Positions 33,439-43,941 of a DNA stretch of 64,000 nucleotides are shown here, piece by piece. The DNA lies in NCBI GenBank assembly GCA_003208875.1, contig QCUR01000002.1, positions 192,001 to 256,000 of the forward strand, in the 5' to 3' direction. The first letter of the stretch is position 1; each line of letters starts with the position of its first letter. The notes below the pieces were generated by a model. It was not told the origin of the DNA. It did not search any database and saw only the letters and a list, made by a program, of their open reading frames with translations. The stretch is from Prochlorococcus sp. AG-679-M23. Its GTDB lineage: Bacteria > Cyanobacteriota > Cyanobacteriia > PCC-6307 > Cyanobiaceae. The position numbers were made by a program, and so were the translations under genes.

Positions 33439-34284
33439 TTAGTCTAAATTAATCTTTTCTGATAAATAACATCCAAAGTCGATCAAATGTTTACATAAGG
33501 GTTGTATTTTTTTCTTTAATTTATTAAATGCTTCAATATTAGTTTTATTATTTATTTCAACATCAATATAGATAATATATTCTCCTAGTTCTCTCTTTGA
33601 AGGTCTAGATTCTATTTTACTCATATTGAATCCAAATTCTGCAATATAATTTAAAGCTTCTAGTAAAGCACCAGGATTATTTGAGAGTAATGAGAAGGCA
33701 AAACTTGCAATATTAGCTCTATCTACAATGTACTCTTTACTCAACAATACAAATCTTGTGCAATTACCCGGGACATCATTAATAGGAAATGCTAATTCTT
33801 TAAGTCCTTCTATTTCGATAAGAGATTTCGAACCAATAGCTGCTCTAAATGAGCTTCCTTTTACCATATTCACAGCTTCTGAAGTTGATTTTGTTGATAA
33901 AGTAATAGCATCTGGAAGGTTTTCAGATAGCCATTCTGAGCATTGAGCTAAAGCTTGTGGATGAGATAACACCTCAGATATCTCTGAAATCTTGCCATCA
34001 CTAATTAATGCATGTTTTATTGGCAAAACAATTGCTTTATTTATATTAATATCAGAAAATTTCCAAAGCGCGTCTAAAGTCGTTGTTACTCCTCCTTCAA
34101 CAGAATTCTCAATGGGCACTATTGCCGCATCACAATTGTTGTAGGCTATTGATTTAATAACCGAATACAGCCCGTTACATGGTACAAATAAAGGTGACTT
34201 AAAATTAGCAAGCTTTGACAAAATATGAGCTGCTTTTTCAGCGTATGTCCCTTTAGGGCCTAAATATGCAACTTGTTTGCTCAT
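33439..34284 (-). CDS. pheA: Prephenate dehydratase
   Basis: YLGPKGT, PIENSVEG, SHPQALAQC, NCTRF, ACT domain SKIESRP. Confidence 0.95.
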   Translation of the reverse strand: MSKQVAYLGPKGTYAEKAAHILSKLANFKSPLFVPCNGLYSVIKSIAYNNCDAAIVPIENSVEGGVTTTLDALWKFSDININKAIVLPIKHALISDGKISEISEVLSHPQALAQCSEWLSENLPDAITLSTKSTSEAVNMVKGSSFRAAIGSKSLIEIEGLKELAFPINDVPGNCTRFVLLSKEYIVDRANIASFAFSLLSNNPGALLEALNYIAEFGFNMSKIESRPSKRELGEYIIYIDVEINNKTNIEAFNKLKKKIQPLCKHLIDFGCYLSEKINLD

Positions 34285-34336
34285 GGTAAATTGTAATAAA
34301 AAAAAAGGTCAAATAAGCATTGGAGGTATATAGAAA

Positions 34337-34855
34337 ATGCTTTTAGCTTTTGATGCAAAACAGAAACTTAAACTTTCTGTTACGAGGAATAAAGAATATC
34401 TTTCTAAATATCTTTTAGAGGAAGAAAGAGTTGTTGGAGCAATGCTAGACCCAAATAAATTAGAACCTGAAGGGGAGGGGATGTATAAGTATACTGTAAC
34501 AAGTTTCAAGGTTTTTCAATTAGATGTTAAACCTGTTGTATCAATTGCAGTTGAGAATAATGAGGGTGTTTTAAAAATGAGTGCACTTGATAGTACATTA
34601 GATGGTTTAGGCATGGTTGAAGACTTTAATTTAATTTTGAAAGCAAATTTGGAGGCGACTGATTTTGGGTTAGAAGGTGAAGCTTTACTCGGAGTTTCAG
34701 TAAGTCAACCGCCTCTTTTGAAACTTTTGCCAAAGAAAATTTTAGAATCTACAGGTCATTCAGTATTGAATGGAATTTTATTAGGAATAAAATCTAGAGT
34801 TCAACAACAATTAATAAAAGATTTTGTTAATTGGTGTGAATTAAATCAGATTTAA
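34337..34855 (+). CDS. Conserved cyanobacterial protein (DUF1997-like)
   Basis: 172 aa ending in [34 protein letters not shown], which I recall as the DUF1997 pattern. Confidence 0.7.
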   Translation: MLLAFDAKQKLKLSVTRNKEYLSKYLLEEERVVGAMLDPNKLEPEGEGMYKYTVTSFKVFQLDVKPVVSIAVENNEGVLKMSALDSTLDGLGMVEDFNLILKANLEATDFGLEGEALLGVSVSQPPLLKLLPKKILESTGHSVLNGILLGIKSRVQQQLIKDFVNWCELNQI

Positions 34856-35422
34856 CTTATTCAAGAAACTTTTTCTATGGAGATTTGTTAGTCCATTTTC
34901 TTTAAGACTTGAAAAATGTTGTTTGGTACCATATCCTTTATTTTTAAATATGAAATATCCAGGATATTTGCTTTCTAATCTTTCCATCAAAGAGTCACGC
35001 ATTACTTTGGCAATTATGCTTGCAGTAGCTATTGAAATAAATTTAGAATCACCTGAAATAATATTTCTTTGATTACCCTCCCAAAGTCTTAATGGTAATG
35101 GCCCGTCAATTAATAGTTCAGATGGCATATGTTTTAACTTTTTAACTGCTCTAATCATTGAAAGTTCAGTTGCATGCCTTATCCCCAACAAATCTATTTC
35201 TCTTACTGAAGACTGCCCTAAACCGTAATCTGATGATAATGCAATAATTTTAGGAAAAACATCTTTTCTTTTTTTTGGAGTTAATTTTTTACTATCATTA
35301 ACTCCTAATTTCTTGAGAGTTAATCCACTTTTCTTAGAAAGAACTACAGCAGCAGAAAATACAGGTCCAAAAACCGAACCACGACCTACTTCGTCAATAC
35401 CTATCTCAGAATCTTTATTCAA
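34841..35422 (-). CDS. rnhB: Ribonuclease HII
   Basis: [39 protein letters not shown]. Likely TTG start at 35422 overlapping the rne stop; the ORF track uses 35470. Confidence 0.95.
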   Translation of the reverse strand: MNKDSEIGIDEVGRGSVFGPVFSAAVVLSKKSGLTLKKLGVNDSKKLTPKKRKDVFPKIIALSSDYGLGQSSVREIDLLGIRHATELSMIRAVKKLKHMPSELLIDGPLPLRLWEGNQRNIISGDSKFISIATASIIAKVMRDSLMERLESKYPGYFIFKNKGYGTKQHFSSLKENGLTNLHRKSFLNKLNLI

Positions 35423-37232
35423 TGTTTGCAGATGATCTTCTTCTTTTTCTTCTTGAATTATCCATTTCATCTGTTGTTTCTATTTCTTCGTTCTCATTTG
35501 TTACTTTTGGCAATTTTTTGTCGGGATTCACTTCTTTAGAGTAATCCGCTTCAACCTCTTCTTTTGAATTAAAAGTTGAGGTTATTTTATTTGTATTTTT
35601 ACTTGTAACTTTATTATTTGTTTTTACATTTTGCTCAGAAACATCTTTTTCCTTGTTCTTAACATCTTCCAAACGTGCTAGGTGATTACTACTTAGATAT
35701 TCCTTTCCTAATTTAATTAATGGATTAATACCTAATTGGCTGTAAACAATTTTTTCATCACTACTAAGCTCAACAGTGATTACTTTCTTTTCTCTACGAT
35801 TGTTTGTATTATTTAATTCATTATCATTCCCCCTTTTATTGGAATGATCATCGTCTTTATTGGTATTTTTGGTTTTAGTTAACTCTTCCCTAATGATCGT
35901 TTCCTGATTTTCAATTAATTGAAAGGGAGTTAAATCTGAGATTTTAGGGTCATTTAATTTACTGGATTTTTTTCCATTTTGATTAGTTTTTAAAGAAATA
36001 TTTTTATGATTTGGTAATTTTTCTATATGCCCTAATCCATTGCAGTTAGTACATTTAGTGCCAAATAATTCATAAATATTTTGACCTTGTCTTTTTCTTG
36101 TTAATTCAACTAAACCTAACTCAGTTAATTGAGCTATCTGTGGCCTTGCTGAATCATCTTTAATGGCTAAAGTAAAATGTTCAAGTAACTGAAATTGATC
36201 TCTTCGAGATTCCATATCTATAAAATCTATAACTAAAACTCCCCCAATATTTCTTAATTTCATTTGCCTAGAAATTTCTATAGCTGCTTCACAATTCGTC
36301 CATAAAACAGTTTGTCTTGAATTAGCTGATCTTGTGAAAGATCCAGAATTAACGTCAATTACTGTCAATGCTTCAGTAGGTTCAATAATTATGTAACCTC
36401 CTGAAGGTAAATCTACTCTTGGCTGAAGTGCCTTTTGAATAGTTTTATTAATGTGGTATTTTTCTAAAATATGTTCATTTATTTCATTATTGTGAAAAAC
36501 AAGATCCAAATTAGAGTCATTATTAACTAAAAAGTCTTTTGCTTTTTCGAGAGCGATTTTATCATCAATTACAATTTTAATAGTTGATGATTTGATACAA
36601 TCTCTTAAAATTTTTAATGAAAAATTCTCATCTCTATTTATTAAATTTGGTGGATGAGTACTTTCTGAATTTTTTAATACTTGATCCCATTGTTGAATTA
36701 AATTTTCTAAATCTTCAATAAGTAATTCTTCTTTGATTTGTTCTGCTTCAGTTCGAAATAATAATCCTGTGCTAGGCGGTTTGATTAAAACTCCAAGAGC
36801 TCTTAAACGACTTCTTTCAGTCTCAGTGTTTATCTTCCTAGAAATATTGACTCCTTGTCCATATGGTTGCAGTATCAAATATTTTCCAGGTAATGAGATA
36901 TTACCTGTAAGTCTAGGTCCTTTATTTCCAGTAGGTTCTTTCATTACTTGCACGAGAACTTTTTGTTTTGGTTCAAGAAGTTCAGTAATTCCTACAACAC
37001 CTTTTTTTAATCTTAATGGACCTAGATCTGATACATGAATAAAGCCATTTTTTTCACTTTCTCCAATATCTATAAAGGCAGCATCAATACCTGGAAGAAC
37101 ATTTTCTACAGTTCCTAAAAAAATATCCCCGATTTGATATTGACCTTGTGCGACGATTAATTCATCAACTTGATCATCTGTGAGTAGTGCTGCAATACGC
37201 GCCTGCTCAGCTATTACAATTTGCTGAGACAT
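35415..37232 (-). CDS. rne: Ribonuclease E
   Basis: S1 domain ([13 protein letters not shown]), VIDVNSG, IDFIDM, Zn-link CTNC, disordered tail ending RRKRRRSSA (cyanobacterial PNPase-binding motif type). Confidence 0.97.
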   Translation of the reverse strand: MSQQIVIAEQARIAALLTDDQVDELIVAQGQYQIGDIFLGTVENVLPGIDAAFIDIGESEKNGFIHVSDLGPLRLKKGVVGITELLEPKQKVLVQVMKEPTGNKGPRLTGNISLPGKYLILQPYGQGVNISRKINTETERSRLRALGVLIKPPSTGLLFRTEAEQIKEELLIEDLENLIQQWDQVLKNSESTHPPNLINRDENFSLKILRDCIKSSTIKIVIDDKIALEKAKDFLVNNDSNLDLVFHNNEINEHILEKYHINKTIQKALQPRVDLPSGGYIIIEPTEALTVIDVNSGSFTRSANSRQTVLWTNCEAAIEISRQMKLRNIGGVLVIDFIDMESRRDQFQLLEHFTLAIKDDSARPQIAQLTELGLVELTRKRQGQNIYELFGTKCTNCNGLGHIEKLPNHKNISLKTNQNGKKSSKLNDPKISDLTPFQLIENQETIIREELTKTKNTNKDDDHSNKRGNDNELNNTNNRREKKVITVELSSDEKIVYSQLGINPLIKLGKEYLSSNHLARLEDVKNKEKDVSEQNVKTNNKVTSKNTNKITSTFNSKEEVEADYSKEVNPDKKLPKVTNENEEIETTDEMDNSRRKRRRSSANIE

Positions 37233-37533
37233 AAAATGTTTTAAAGTATGTTTTGAATTTTTTGAAAATCGATAAAAAGTAAATAATTACATATTTAATT
37301 ATTCTTTAGCAATTTCTTGAAAGCTTAATTTATTAGATTTTTAAAATAATTAGTAGGAGTTTGACTTGCTAAGTGTTTTAGTTTTAGACGACTTTCAAAC
37401 GATTTGAAATTGATTAAATAGCTATGATTATTTCTTTAATTAAATCATAACCACTTTTATATTAACATCTAATTCCCGCTTAAGTACATTGTCCATTATT
37501 CTTATGTAGGTTAAGTTTAGAAATTTTTTTAAA

Positions 37534-38760
37534 GTGGTTAAAGTCAACGAAAATTATTTAAAACTCAAAGCAGGATATTTATTTCCTGAAATTTCAAAAA
37601 GAGTTAACAACTATACTAAAGCTAATAGCAGTTCGAAAGTCATTAAGCTTGGAATAGGCGATGTAACGGAGCCGCTACCTAAAGCTTGTGTTAATGCTAT
37701 GGGGGAAGCATTAAATGAAATGGGAACAAATAACGGATTTAAAGGTTACGGCCCAGAGCAAGGATATGGATGGCTTAGGGAAAAAATTTCTGTAAATGAT
37801 TTTATTTCAAGAGGGTGTCAAATCTCTTCGGAAGAAATATTTGTTTCTGATGGTTCAAAATGCGATAGTAGCAATATTTTAGATATTCTTGGGGATGATA
37901 ATTTAATTGCCGTAACTGATCCGGTTTATCCTGTTTATGTCGATACTAATGTGATGACTGGGAGAACAGGAGAAACACTTCAAAATGGTACTTATCAAGG
38001 GTTAGTATATTTAGCGATTAATGAAGAAAATAATTTTCAACCTGAAATCCCAAAAAAGAAAGTTGACATTGTTTATCTTTGTTTTCCAAATAATCCAACT
38101 GGGGCAACAATTACAAAACAAGAATTGAAAAAATGGGTTGATTATGCTATCGAAAACAAGTCTTTGATTCTTTTCGATGCAGCTTATGAAGCTTTTATTC
38201 AAGATAAAAATATTCCTCATTCAATATATGAGATTGAGGGGGCAAAAAATTGTGCTATCGAATTTAGATCTTTCTCAAAAAATGCAGGATTTACTGGAGT
38301 TCGATGCGCTTATACAGTAATACCAAAAAATCTATCAGGACAAAATTCAAAAGGGGATAAAATTGATTTATGGTCATTATGGAATAGGCGTCAATGTACT
38401 AAATTTAATGGAGTTAGCTATATCGTACAAAGAGGAGCTGAGGCGGTATATTCTTCGCAAGGTAAAAAAGAGGTTAATTCTTTAATTGACTTTTATATGA
38501 AAAATGCAGAAATTATGCAAAATAAGCTCAGAAGTGCAGGTTTTAAAGTTTATGGAGGTGATAATGCACCATATGTTTGGATAAAAGTACCAGATAGAAT
38601 GACTTCTTGGGACTTTTTTGATTATTTACTTGAAAAAGCTGATGTCGTAGGCACCCCAGGAAGTGGATTTGGATTGGCGGGTGAGGGCTATTTTCGATTA
38701 TCTGCTTTCAATTCAAGATTGAATGTTAATAATGCAATGGAACGAATAATTAATATATAA
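37534..38760 (+). CDS. dapL: LL-diaminopimelate aminotransferase
   Basis: [36 protein letters not shown]. Confidence 0.96.
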   Translation: MVKVNENYLKLKAGYLFPEISKRVNNYTKANSSSKVIKLGIGDVTEPLPKACVNAMGEALNEMGTNNGFKGYGPEQGYGWLREKISVNDFISRGCQISSEEIFVSDGSKCDSSNILDILGDDNLIAVTDPVYPVYVDTNVMTGRTGETLQNGTYQGLVYLAINEENNFQPEIPKKKVDIVYLCFPNNPTGATITKQELKKWVDYAIENKSLILFDAAYEAFIQDKNIPHSIYEIEGAKNCAIEFRSFSKNAGFTGVRCAYTVIPKNLSGQNSKGDKIDLWSLWNRRQCTKFNGVSYIVQRGAEAVYSSQGKKEVNSLIDFYMKNAEIMQNKLRSAGFKVYGGDNAPYVWIKVPDRMTSWDFFDYLLEKADVVGTPGSGFGLAGEGYFRLSAFNSRLNVNNAMERIINI

Positions 38761-38798
38761 TAATTAATAGATTTTCTTGTAATTACAATCAAAAAGTA

Positions 38799-39116
38799 AT
38801 GTCAAATATAAAGTTTGAAAAAGGGGAAAATAATAACACAGCAGTGTTGGAGAAAAAAACAGCTGCGTTAAAAAACAAATCACCAAAATACAAAGTTTTA
38901 CTTCATAATGATCCAGTTAATTCAATGGAGTATGTCACTAATGCACTTAGAGAAGTAGTACCACAACTAAGCGAACAAGATGCTATTTCTATTATGCTTG
39001 AAGCTCATAATACTGGTGTTGGTTTAGTTATCATATGTGATTTAGAGCCGGCTGAATTTTATTCAGAATCTTTGAAATCAAAAGGGATATCAAGTTCCAT
39101 TGAAAAAGAAGATTAA
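38799..39116 (+). CDS. clpS: ATP-dependent Clp protease adaptor ClpS
   Basis: YKVLLHNDPVNSMEYV, MLEAHNTG. Confidence 0.95.
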   Translation: MSNIKFEKGENNNTAVLEKKTAALKNKSPKYKVLLHNDPVNSMEYVTNALREVVPQLSEQDAISIMLEAHNTGVGLVIICDLEPAEFYSESLKSKGISSSIEKED

Positions 39117-39151
39117 TTATCTTCTTTTTAATGAATTAGTTTTAAATACTT

Positions 39152-40771
39152 TTAAACTTTTGCTGCAGTAAGCTTTCTTTCTGCTAGTTTACGAACTTTT
39201 AAAGAATCATCTAAGGATGATTTACCATAATTTCTTTCCAAAATATTAATAACTGTTTTTCCAAATTCGTCATCTTTATTATCAAAAGCTTCTAAACATA
39301 CCTCTCCAAGTTTTTTACCAAGAGGACCAGGATTCCATAAAAGTTTTCTTGCTGTCCAAGGCATCATACTCATTGGATTATAACTAGGTTTTAATATATT
39401 ATTTTCTATAGCGTACTTTTCTAAAAGAGTATGTGGTTGTAAACCTATAAAAAATATTGCTGGATCTACTAAACCTTTTCCAAAGATATTTTCTAGTTCT
39501 CTATGATAAGCAATAGTTTGTTTAATTGTATTAGGGGTTTCATCAAAAACATTAAATGAATAATTCACTGAAACATGATTTCTAAACCCTGCCTCAACAA
39601 GCAATCTACAATTTTCAAGAACAGTTTTAAGGTTATATGCTAATCTCATTTTTCTAACAAGTTCTTGAGATCCTGATGTAATCCCGATCTCAAAATAACT
39701 CATTCCTGTATCAACCATTAATTGAGCTAATTCACGGTCAATATTATCGGCCCTAATATATGCAGCCCACTTAAGATCAGTCCAACCCTGGTCTTTTATG
39801 GCTTGAAGAAGTAATTTCGCATCTTGAATATGATTTTTTGTTGGAATGAATTGAGCATCAGTAAACCAAAAACCTCTAACGCCCATCTCATAAAGTTGCT
39901 TCATTTCTTCAATAATTTCATTTACGGGATTAACTCGAACTTTTTTACCCTCTACAACTCCATAAACGCAAAAACAACAATTATGTGGACAACCTCTTTT
40001 GGTTTGAACTCCTACATAATAATCACCACCTTCTATGTACCAATCGAATTCAGCCCAAATAGATTGAATATATTTATAGTTACAAGCTGTTTTAATTGTT
40101 CCGGATGGCTGTTCATGTATTAATTTATTTCTAGGTTTTTGCCCAGCAAGATAACATCTTTCTTTGATAATAGAATCACCCTTAATAACTTTTTCGATAA
40201 GGTTTTCACCTTCTCCAACAGAGATTATTGTACCTTTGGGTAATAGTTCACCTAGCTGTTCGTAGAAAACGCTTACAGCTCCTCCTCCTAAAATTACTTT
40301 TACAGATTTGTTATATTTCTGAGCTCTATTGAGACCCATCTTAACTAAGGATGTATTTCTATTTATTTCTTCATAATGTGATGTTATTAATTTTAGACCT
40401 CCCCAAGCACCTCTAATTTTTTTAAAAATATTATTCGAGTAAAAAACTTCAAATGAGTTCTGTAAAGGGTTGCCGCTTCTCCCGTCAACTGGTGCGTATA
40501 TTTGTATGTCCCTCCAAGAATAAACGATTAGGTGAGGTCTGAATTGGTCAATTTTTCTTCTTAGATATATAGAAACTTTATTTAGAGGTACTATTGCTAA
40601 ATCTATGAATTGTTGTTCTATCTCTGGGAAACACTTATGAATATGATCCGCTAAATAAATGGGACCTATTGGAAATATTGGGTTGCAGGGGAGTCTAACA
40701 ATAAGAACTTTTTTAAAAGATTCTCTATTTAGCTCTTTATCAATATTTTTTAAAGGAAAGTTAAAATCCAT
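39152..40771 (-). CDS. B12-binding-type radical SAM protein (PSII high-light acclimation family, Slr0320-like)
   Basis: RLPCNPIFPIG N-terminus, QTKRGCPHNCCFC (CxxxCxxC), FWFTDAQF. Family assignment is from recall. Confidence 0.85.
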   Translation of the reverse strand: MDFNFPLKNIDKELNRESFKKVLIVRLPCNPIFPIGPIYLADHIHKCFPEIEQQFIDLAIVPLNKVSIYLRRKIDQFRPHLIVYSWRDIQIYAPVDGRSGNPLQNSFEVFYSNNIFKKIRGAWGGLKLITSHYEEINRNTSLVKMGLNRAQKYNKSVKVILGGGAVSVFYEQLGELLPKGTIISVGEGENLIEKVIKGDSIIKERCYLAGQKPRNKLIHEQPSGTIKTACNYKYIQSIWAEFDWYIEGGDYYVGVQTKRGCPHNCCFCVYGVVEGKKVRVNPVNEIIEEMKQLYEMGVRGFWFTDAQFIPTKNHIQDAKLLLQAIKDQGWTDLKWAAYIRADNIDRELAQLMVDTGMSYFEIGITSGSQELVRKMRLAYNLKTVLENCRLLVEAGFRNHVSVNYSFNVFDETPNTIKQTIAYHRELENIFGKGLVDPAIFFIGLQPHTLLEKYAIENNILKPSYNPMSMMPWTARKLLWNPGPLGKKLGEVCLEAFDNKDDEFGKTVINILERNYGKSSLDDSLKVRKLAERKLTAAKV

Positions 40772-40870
40772 AAAAAAGATTTTAAATGATCTTATGTGAA
40801 GAATCTAACTATTTTATTACCCTTTCGGTGATTTTTAATTAAATTCTAAAAAAATTGAACTCTTTTTTAG

Positions 40871-41962
40871 TTAGATGTCTGAAATCATATATTTCCAACA
40901 AACATTTAGAAGTTTAATGCCATCTATCCATCTTGATATATTTGGTGCTCCAGACCGCCTTGCATAATATCTGACAGGGTAATTTAAGATTTTAATATTA
41001 TTATTTGCCGCCTCAAAGATTATTGTAAAATCGCCAAAAGGATCTGACTTTGATTCCCAACTACCATTTTTTTTCATCAAATTAAAAAACTTCCTCGAGA
41101 AAACTTTTGTTCCACATAGCGAATCAGATATGGGCTTGTTTATTAAAATTGATAAAAATATTGCAAAACATCTATTGCCAATATAATTTGCCCATCTCAT
41201 GGCATCTTTTTCCATCGGAAAAGTTGTTCTAGAACAATTTACAAGTATATTTTCATTTTTCGTTGATTCCATTATGGCATCGATACTATCGTCAATATCT
41301 ACGGTTAAGTCAGAATCAATAATTGCTAGAGTATCTCCAGTTGATATATTAAATCCCTCAACAACAGCGTTTTTCTTTCCCTTTGAAGTTTGTTTTAAAA
41401 GAGATATTTTAAAGTTTTTTGAAAAGTCTTTAGTAAGATTTTCCAACATTTGAAAAGTATTATCTTTACTATTTCCTTCTACAAATATTATTTCGATTTT
41501 ATTTGGTATTTTTTTAAATTTATTTAAGGCTTTGATTAAAAGTTCTTTATTGCCTTCTTCATTTCTTGCAGGAATAAGTATTGAAATCATAGGATCATTT
41601 AAATTTTCATGATATTTGTAAAATATGATTTCTATTTCAAATGCAAGGTGCTTAATTATTGGTAACTTACGTAAAGAATTTTTTATAGACTGGGGAACTA
41701 ATTTGGTTTGTATTGGAGTTAATTTTTTTGCTTTCCATCTGATAGATCTGTAATTATAGATTTCTGCTAATGATTCAACATCACATAAAGTAATTCTTGC
41801 TGTATTTGTTGTTCCCCTAAATATTCTGGAATCTAATTTCAGCCATCTTGTAATTGGTTCCCAAGTATTACCTCTTACTTTAAGAGAAATAAATTCATTA
41901 TTATCCTTAAATAATTGGTGGAGTTTATTATTTGTTAAATTCCAGGTATTTACTGATTTCAT
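40871..41962 (-). CDS. GT2 glycosyltransferase with an approximately 120-aa N-terminal extension
   Basis: SILIPARNEEGN, FVEGNSKD, GKKNAV..GF, IIDSDL (DxD), DSLCGTK, DPFGDF, PVRYYAR. Confidence 0.88.
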   Translation of the reverse strand: MKSVNTWNLTNNKLHQLFKDNNEFISLKVRGNTWEPITRWLKLDSRIFRGTTNTARITLCDVESLAEIYNYRSIRWKAKKLTPIQTKLVPQSIKNSLRKLPIIKHLAFEIEIIFYKYHENLNDPMISILIPARNEEGNKELLIKALNKFKKIPNKIEIIFVEGNSKDNTFQMLENLTKDFSKNFKISLLKQTSKGKKNAVVEGFNISTGDTLAIIDSDLTVDIDDSIDAIMESTKNENILVNCSRTTFPMEKDAMRWANYIGNRCFAIFLSILINKPISDSLCGTKVFSRKFFNLMKKNGSWESKSDPFGDFTIIFEAANNNIKILNYPVRYYARRSGAPNISRWIDGIKLLNVCWKYMISDI

Positions 41963-41997
41963 TTTTTAAAAATTTGACCAAGTTTAATATTAACCTA

Positions 41998-43545
41998 TTA
42001 GATTTTTTTGATTAATTTCCAAGGAAATATAACTTCATTCTCATAAATAATTTTAAAGGAGTTATCTTTTTTTTGATCTTCTTTTGGCAAGATGGACCAA
42101 GCAAGTTCTGATGTTTTTAAACTTTTGATGCTCTCGATACCGGCTCCTAAATTTGGTGTTAAAAGAGCAATTCTAATGATTTTTGATTGTGAATCAGTAT
42201 TTATAAAGCTGCTCTTATCAACTTTAATTATTCGACTATTGATTGTTTTCAAAGAAGAGATATTTTCCATAGTCTCTCTTAATTCTCTCGATCTATCCGT
42301 AAAAAGACCTGATTGCAAAAAACAGGATGTCATTAAATAGGGTCCAACAATTAATATAGATATCAATGTTGATGTACTTTGAGAATTTTTGATGAAATTC
42401 CAAGCTAATGCAAATAGTAATAATCCTCCAATTAAAAATGTATTCTCTTTGATATTAAAATTCATGTTAGCTTTGAATACGAAAATATAGATAAAGATTA
42501 CTGAGACCACGAATAATGGAATGATTCTTGAAGATATAAAAATAAAAATAAATTTAAATCTTTTTTCTTCTATTAAATAATTGATACCTATAAAAGCATT
42601 TAAGGATATTATTGAAGAGATTTGTAAAGGATAGTAAGGTGTTTTTGTAGAAAAACTACTTATCAAGATTATTAAAATTAAAGGGAAATAAAATAAAATA
42701 AAACTTTGAGAATTTTTACTTTTTAAACCATGAACTAACCCAATAATGGAAAATATGCTCCATGGGAGGAAAGTTACTGGTATATTCCACAAATAGTAGT
42801 AAAAAGGATTTGTAAATGTATTTTCTATAGATAAATTATTAAATTTATCTAAAAGGTGAAAAATAATATTTTTATCAAGAAATGTATTTATAGATGTTGT
42901 CCACAAAATGAATGGAGTAAAACCACTTATTAATCCAAGCCAAAAATATTTTGAGGTAAAAATAAATTTTTTTTTAATCAAATATGGTAGTAATGATATT
43001 ATTGGTATCGCGACGAGAAAAGTCTTCATCATAAAAGCTAAACCTATCCAAATCCCAAAAAGAGAGATATAAACTAATTCTTTTTTACTTTTTGTTTTTA
43101 CAATCGAAAATATTCCAAAAGTCACTAGACAGCTGTAAATTAGATCTTGAGTAGCTAAGTGAGAATAATCAAACCACAAAAAAGTTGTTGAAAGAATAAG
43201 TGGTGATGCTATTGCAAACTTTTTACCTATTAATTCTTCATGTAATTTATAGGTTAGTATTAACATCACTATTGATGAAATAGTTGTTGGTAAATAGGCT
43301 GCGAATAAATTTTCCCCAAATATTTCTTGTGATTTGGCAATTAGAAATTGTATACCTATTGTTCTATCTAAATTAAAATCTCCCCACCATAATGGAATTG
43401 TCCAATTTCCTTTTTCTAATATCCATCTAGCCTGTAAAGCATAGAATCCCTCATCATAAGCTAAGTAACTTCTTTTACCAAAGTAGAAAATTAATGGAAA
43501 AAATATAAATAATTTTAAAAACAATTTGAAATTAATTTTCCACAT
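41998..43545 (-). CDS. ArnT/PMT-family (GT-C fold) membrane glycosyltransferase
   Basis: DEGFY after TM1, many hydrophobic helices, GLAFMMK, PFYYY..FLPW, KTPYY. Confidence 0.85.
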   Translation of the reverse strand: MWKINFKLFLKLFIFFPLIFYFGKRSYLAYDEGFYALQARWILEKGNWTIPLWWGDFNLDRTIGIQFLIAKSQEIFGENLFAAYLPTTISSIVMLILTYKLHEELIGKKFAIASPLILSTTFLWFDYSHLATQDLIYSCLVTFGIFSIVKTKSKKELVYISLFGIWIGLAFMMKTFLVAIPIISLLPYLIKKKFIFTSKYFWLGLISGFTPFILWTTSINTFLDKNIIFHLLDKFNNLSIENTFTNPFYYYLWNIPVTFLPWSIFSIIGLVHGLKSKNSQSFILFYFPLILIILISSFSTKTPYYPLQISSIISLNAFIGINYLIEEKRFKFIFIFISSRIIPLFVVSVIFIYIFVFKANMNFNIKENTFLIGGLLLFALAWNFIKNSQSTSTLISILIVGPYLMTSCFLQSGLFTDRSRELRETMENISSLKTINSRIIKVDKSSFINTDSQSKIIRIALLTPNLGAGIESIKSLKTSELAWSILPKEDQKKDNSFKIIYENEVIFPWKLIKKI

Positions 43546-43572
43546 ATAAAAGTTTGTCTTGTTTTAGATAAA

Positions 43573-43643
43573 TGGAGATAGTTTGAATTGAACAAATGAC
43601 CTAATGTTTACGAAACAGTTGCTGTTCCACCAACTATGTCGGC
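43573..43643 (-). pseudogene. Degenerate tRNA-Thr (anticodon CGT)
   Basis: Minus strand GCCGACA TA GTTG GTGGAA CAGC A ACTGT TTCGTAA ACATT AGGTC ATTTG TTCAATT CAAAC TATCTCC A. Cloverleaf spacing is intact but the acceptor stem has 3 mismatches. Confidence 0.8.
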
Positions 43644-43697
43644 GATATTAAATTTTAGTTTTTTCATATAGACTTAATTCTATATTTTAAAGAATTA

Positions 43698-43937
43698 ATG
43701 TCAAAAATTGACCCTGAATTAAAAAAAAAGTTACTAAAGGAGACTCAAGCTCCATTCAAAGGTTTAAGGAGAATATTATGGATTGCCTTCTCTGGTTCTG
43801 CTTTTTTAGGTCTTCTAATAATGGTTTCTAAAATTGCTGCTGGAAATGAAATACAGCAAAATAATCTTTTGATACAACTAGCAGCTTGTGCATTATTTTC
43901 TATCTTATTTTTCCTCGATAGAAATAAGGAAGATTAA
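43698..43937 (+). CDS. Small two-helix membrane protein (DUF3493-like)
   Basis: L..E.QAPFKGLRR followed by two hydrophobic segments; family from recall. Confidence 0.7.
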   Translation: MSKIDPELKKKLLKETQAPFKGLRRILWIAFSGSAFLGLLIMVSKIAAGNEIQQNNLLIQLAACALFSILFFLDRNKED

Positions 43938-43941
43938 GTTT

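Noticed and set aside
35415..35470. Apparent 56-nt rne/rnhB overlap
   Set aside because: A TTG at 35422 gives a normal-length RNase HII with only an 8-nt overlap.
40816..40836. Small hairpin ATTACC-CTTTC-GGTGAT with a plus-strand T run
   Set aside because: The stem is short and the U tract is on the strand opposite the flanking genes; too weak to call.
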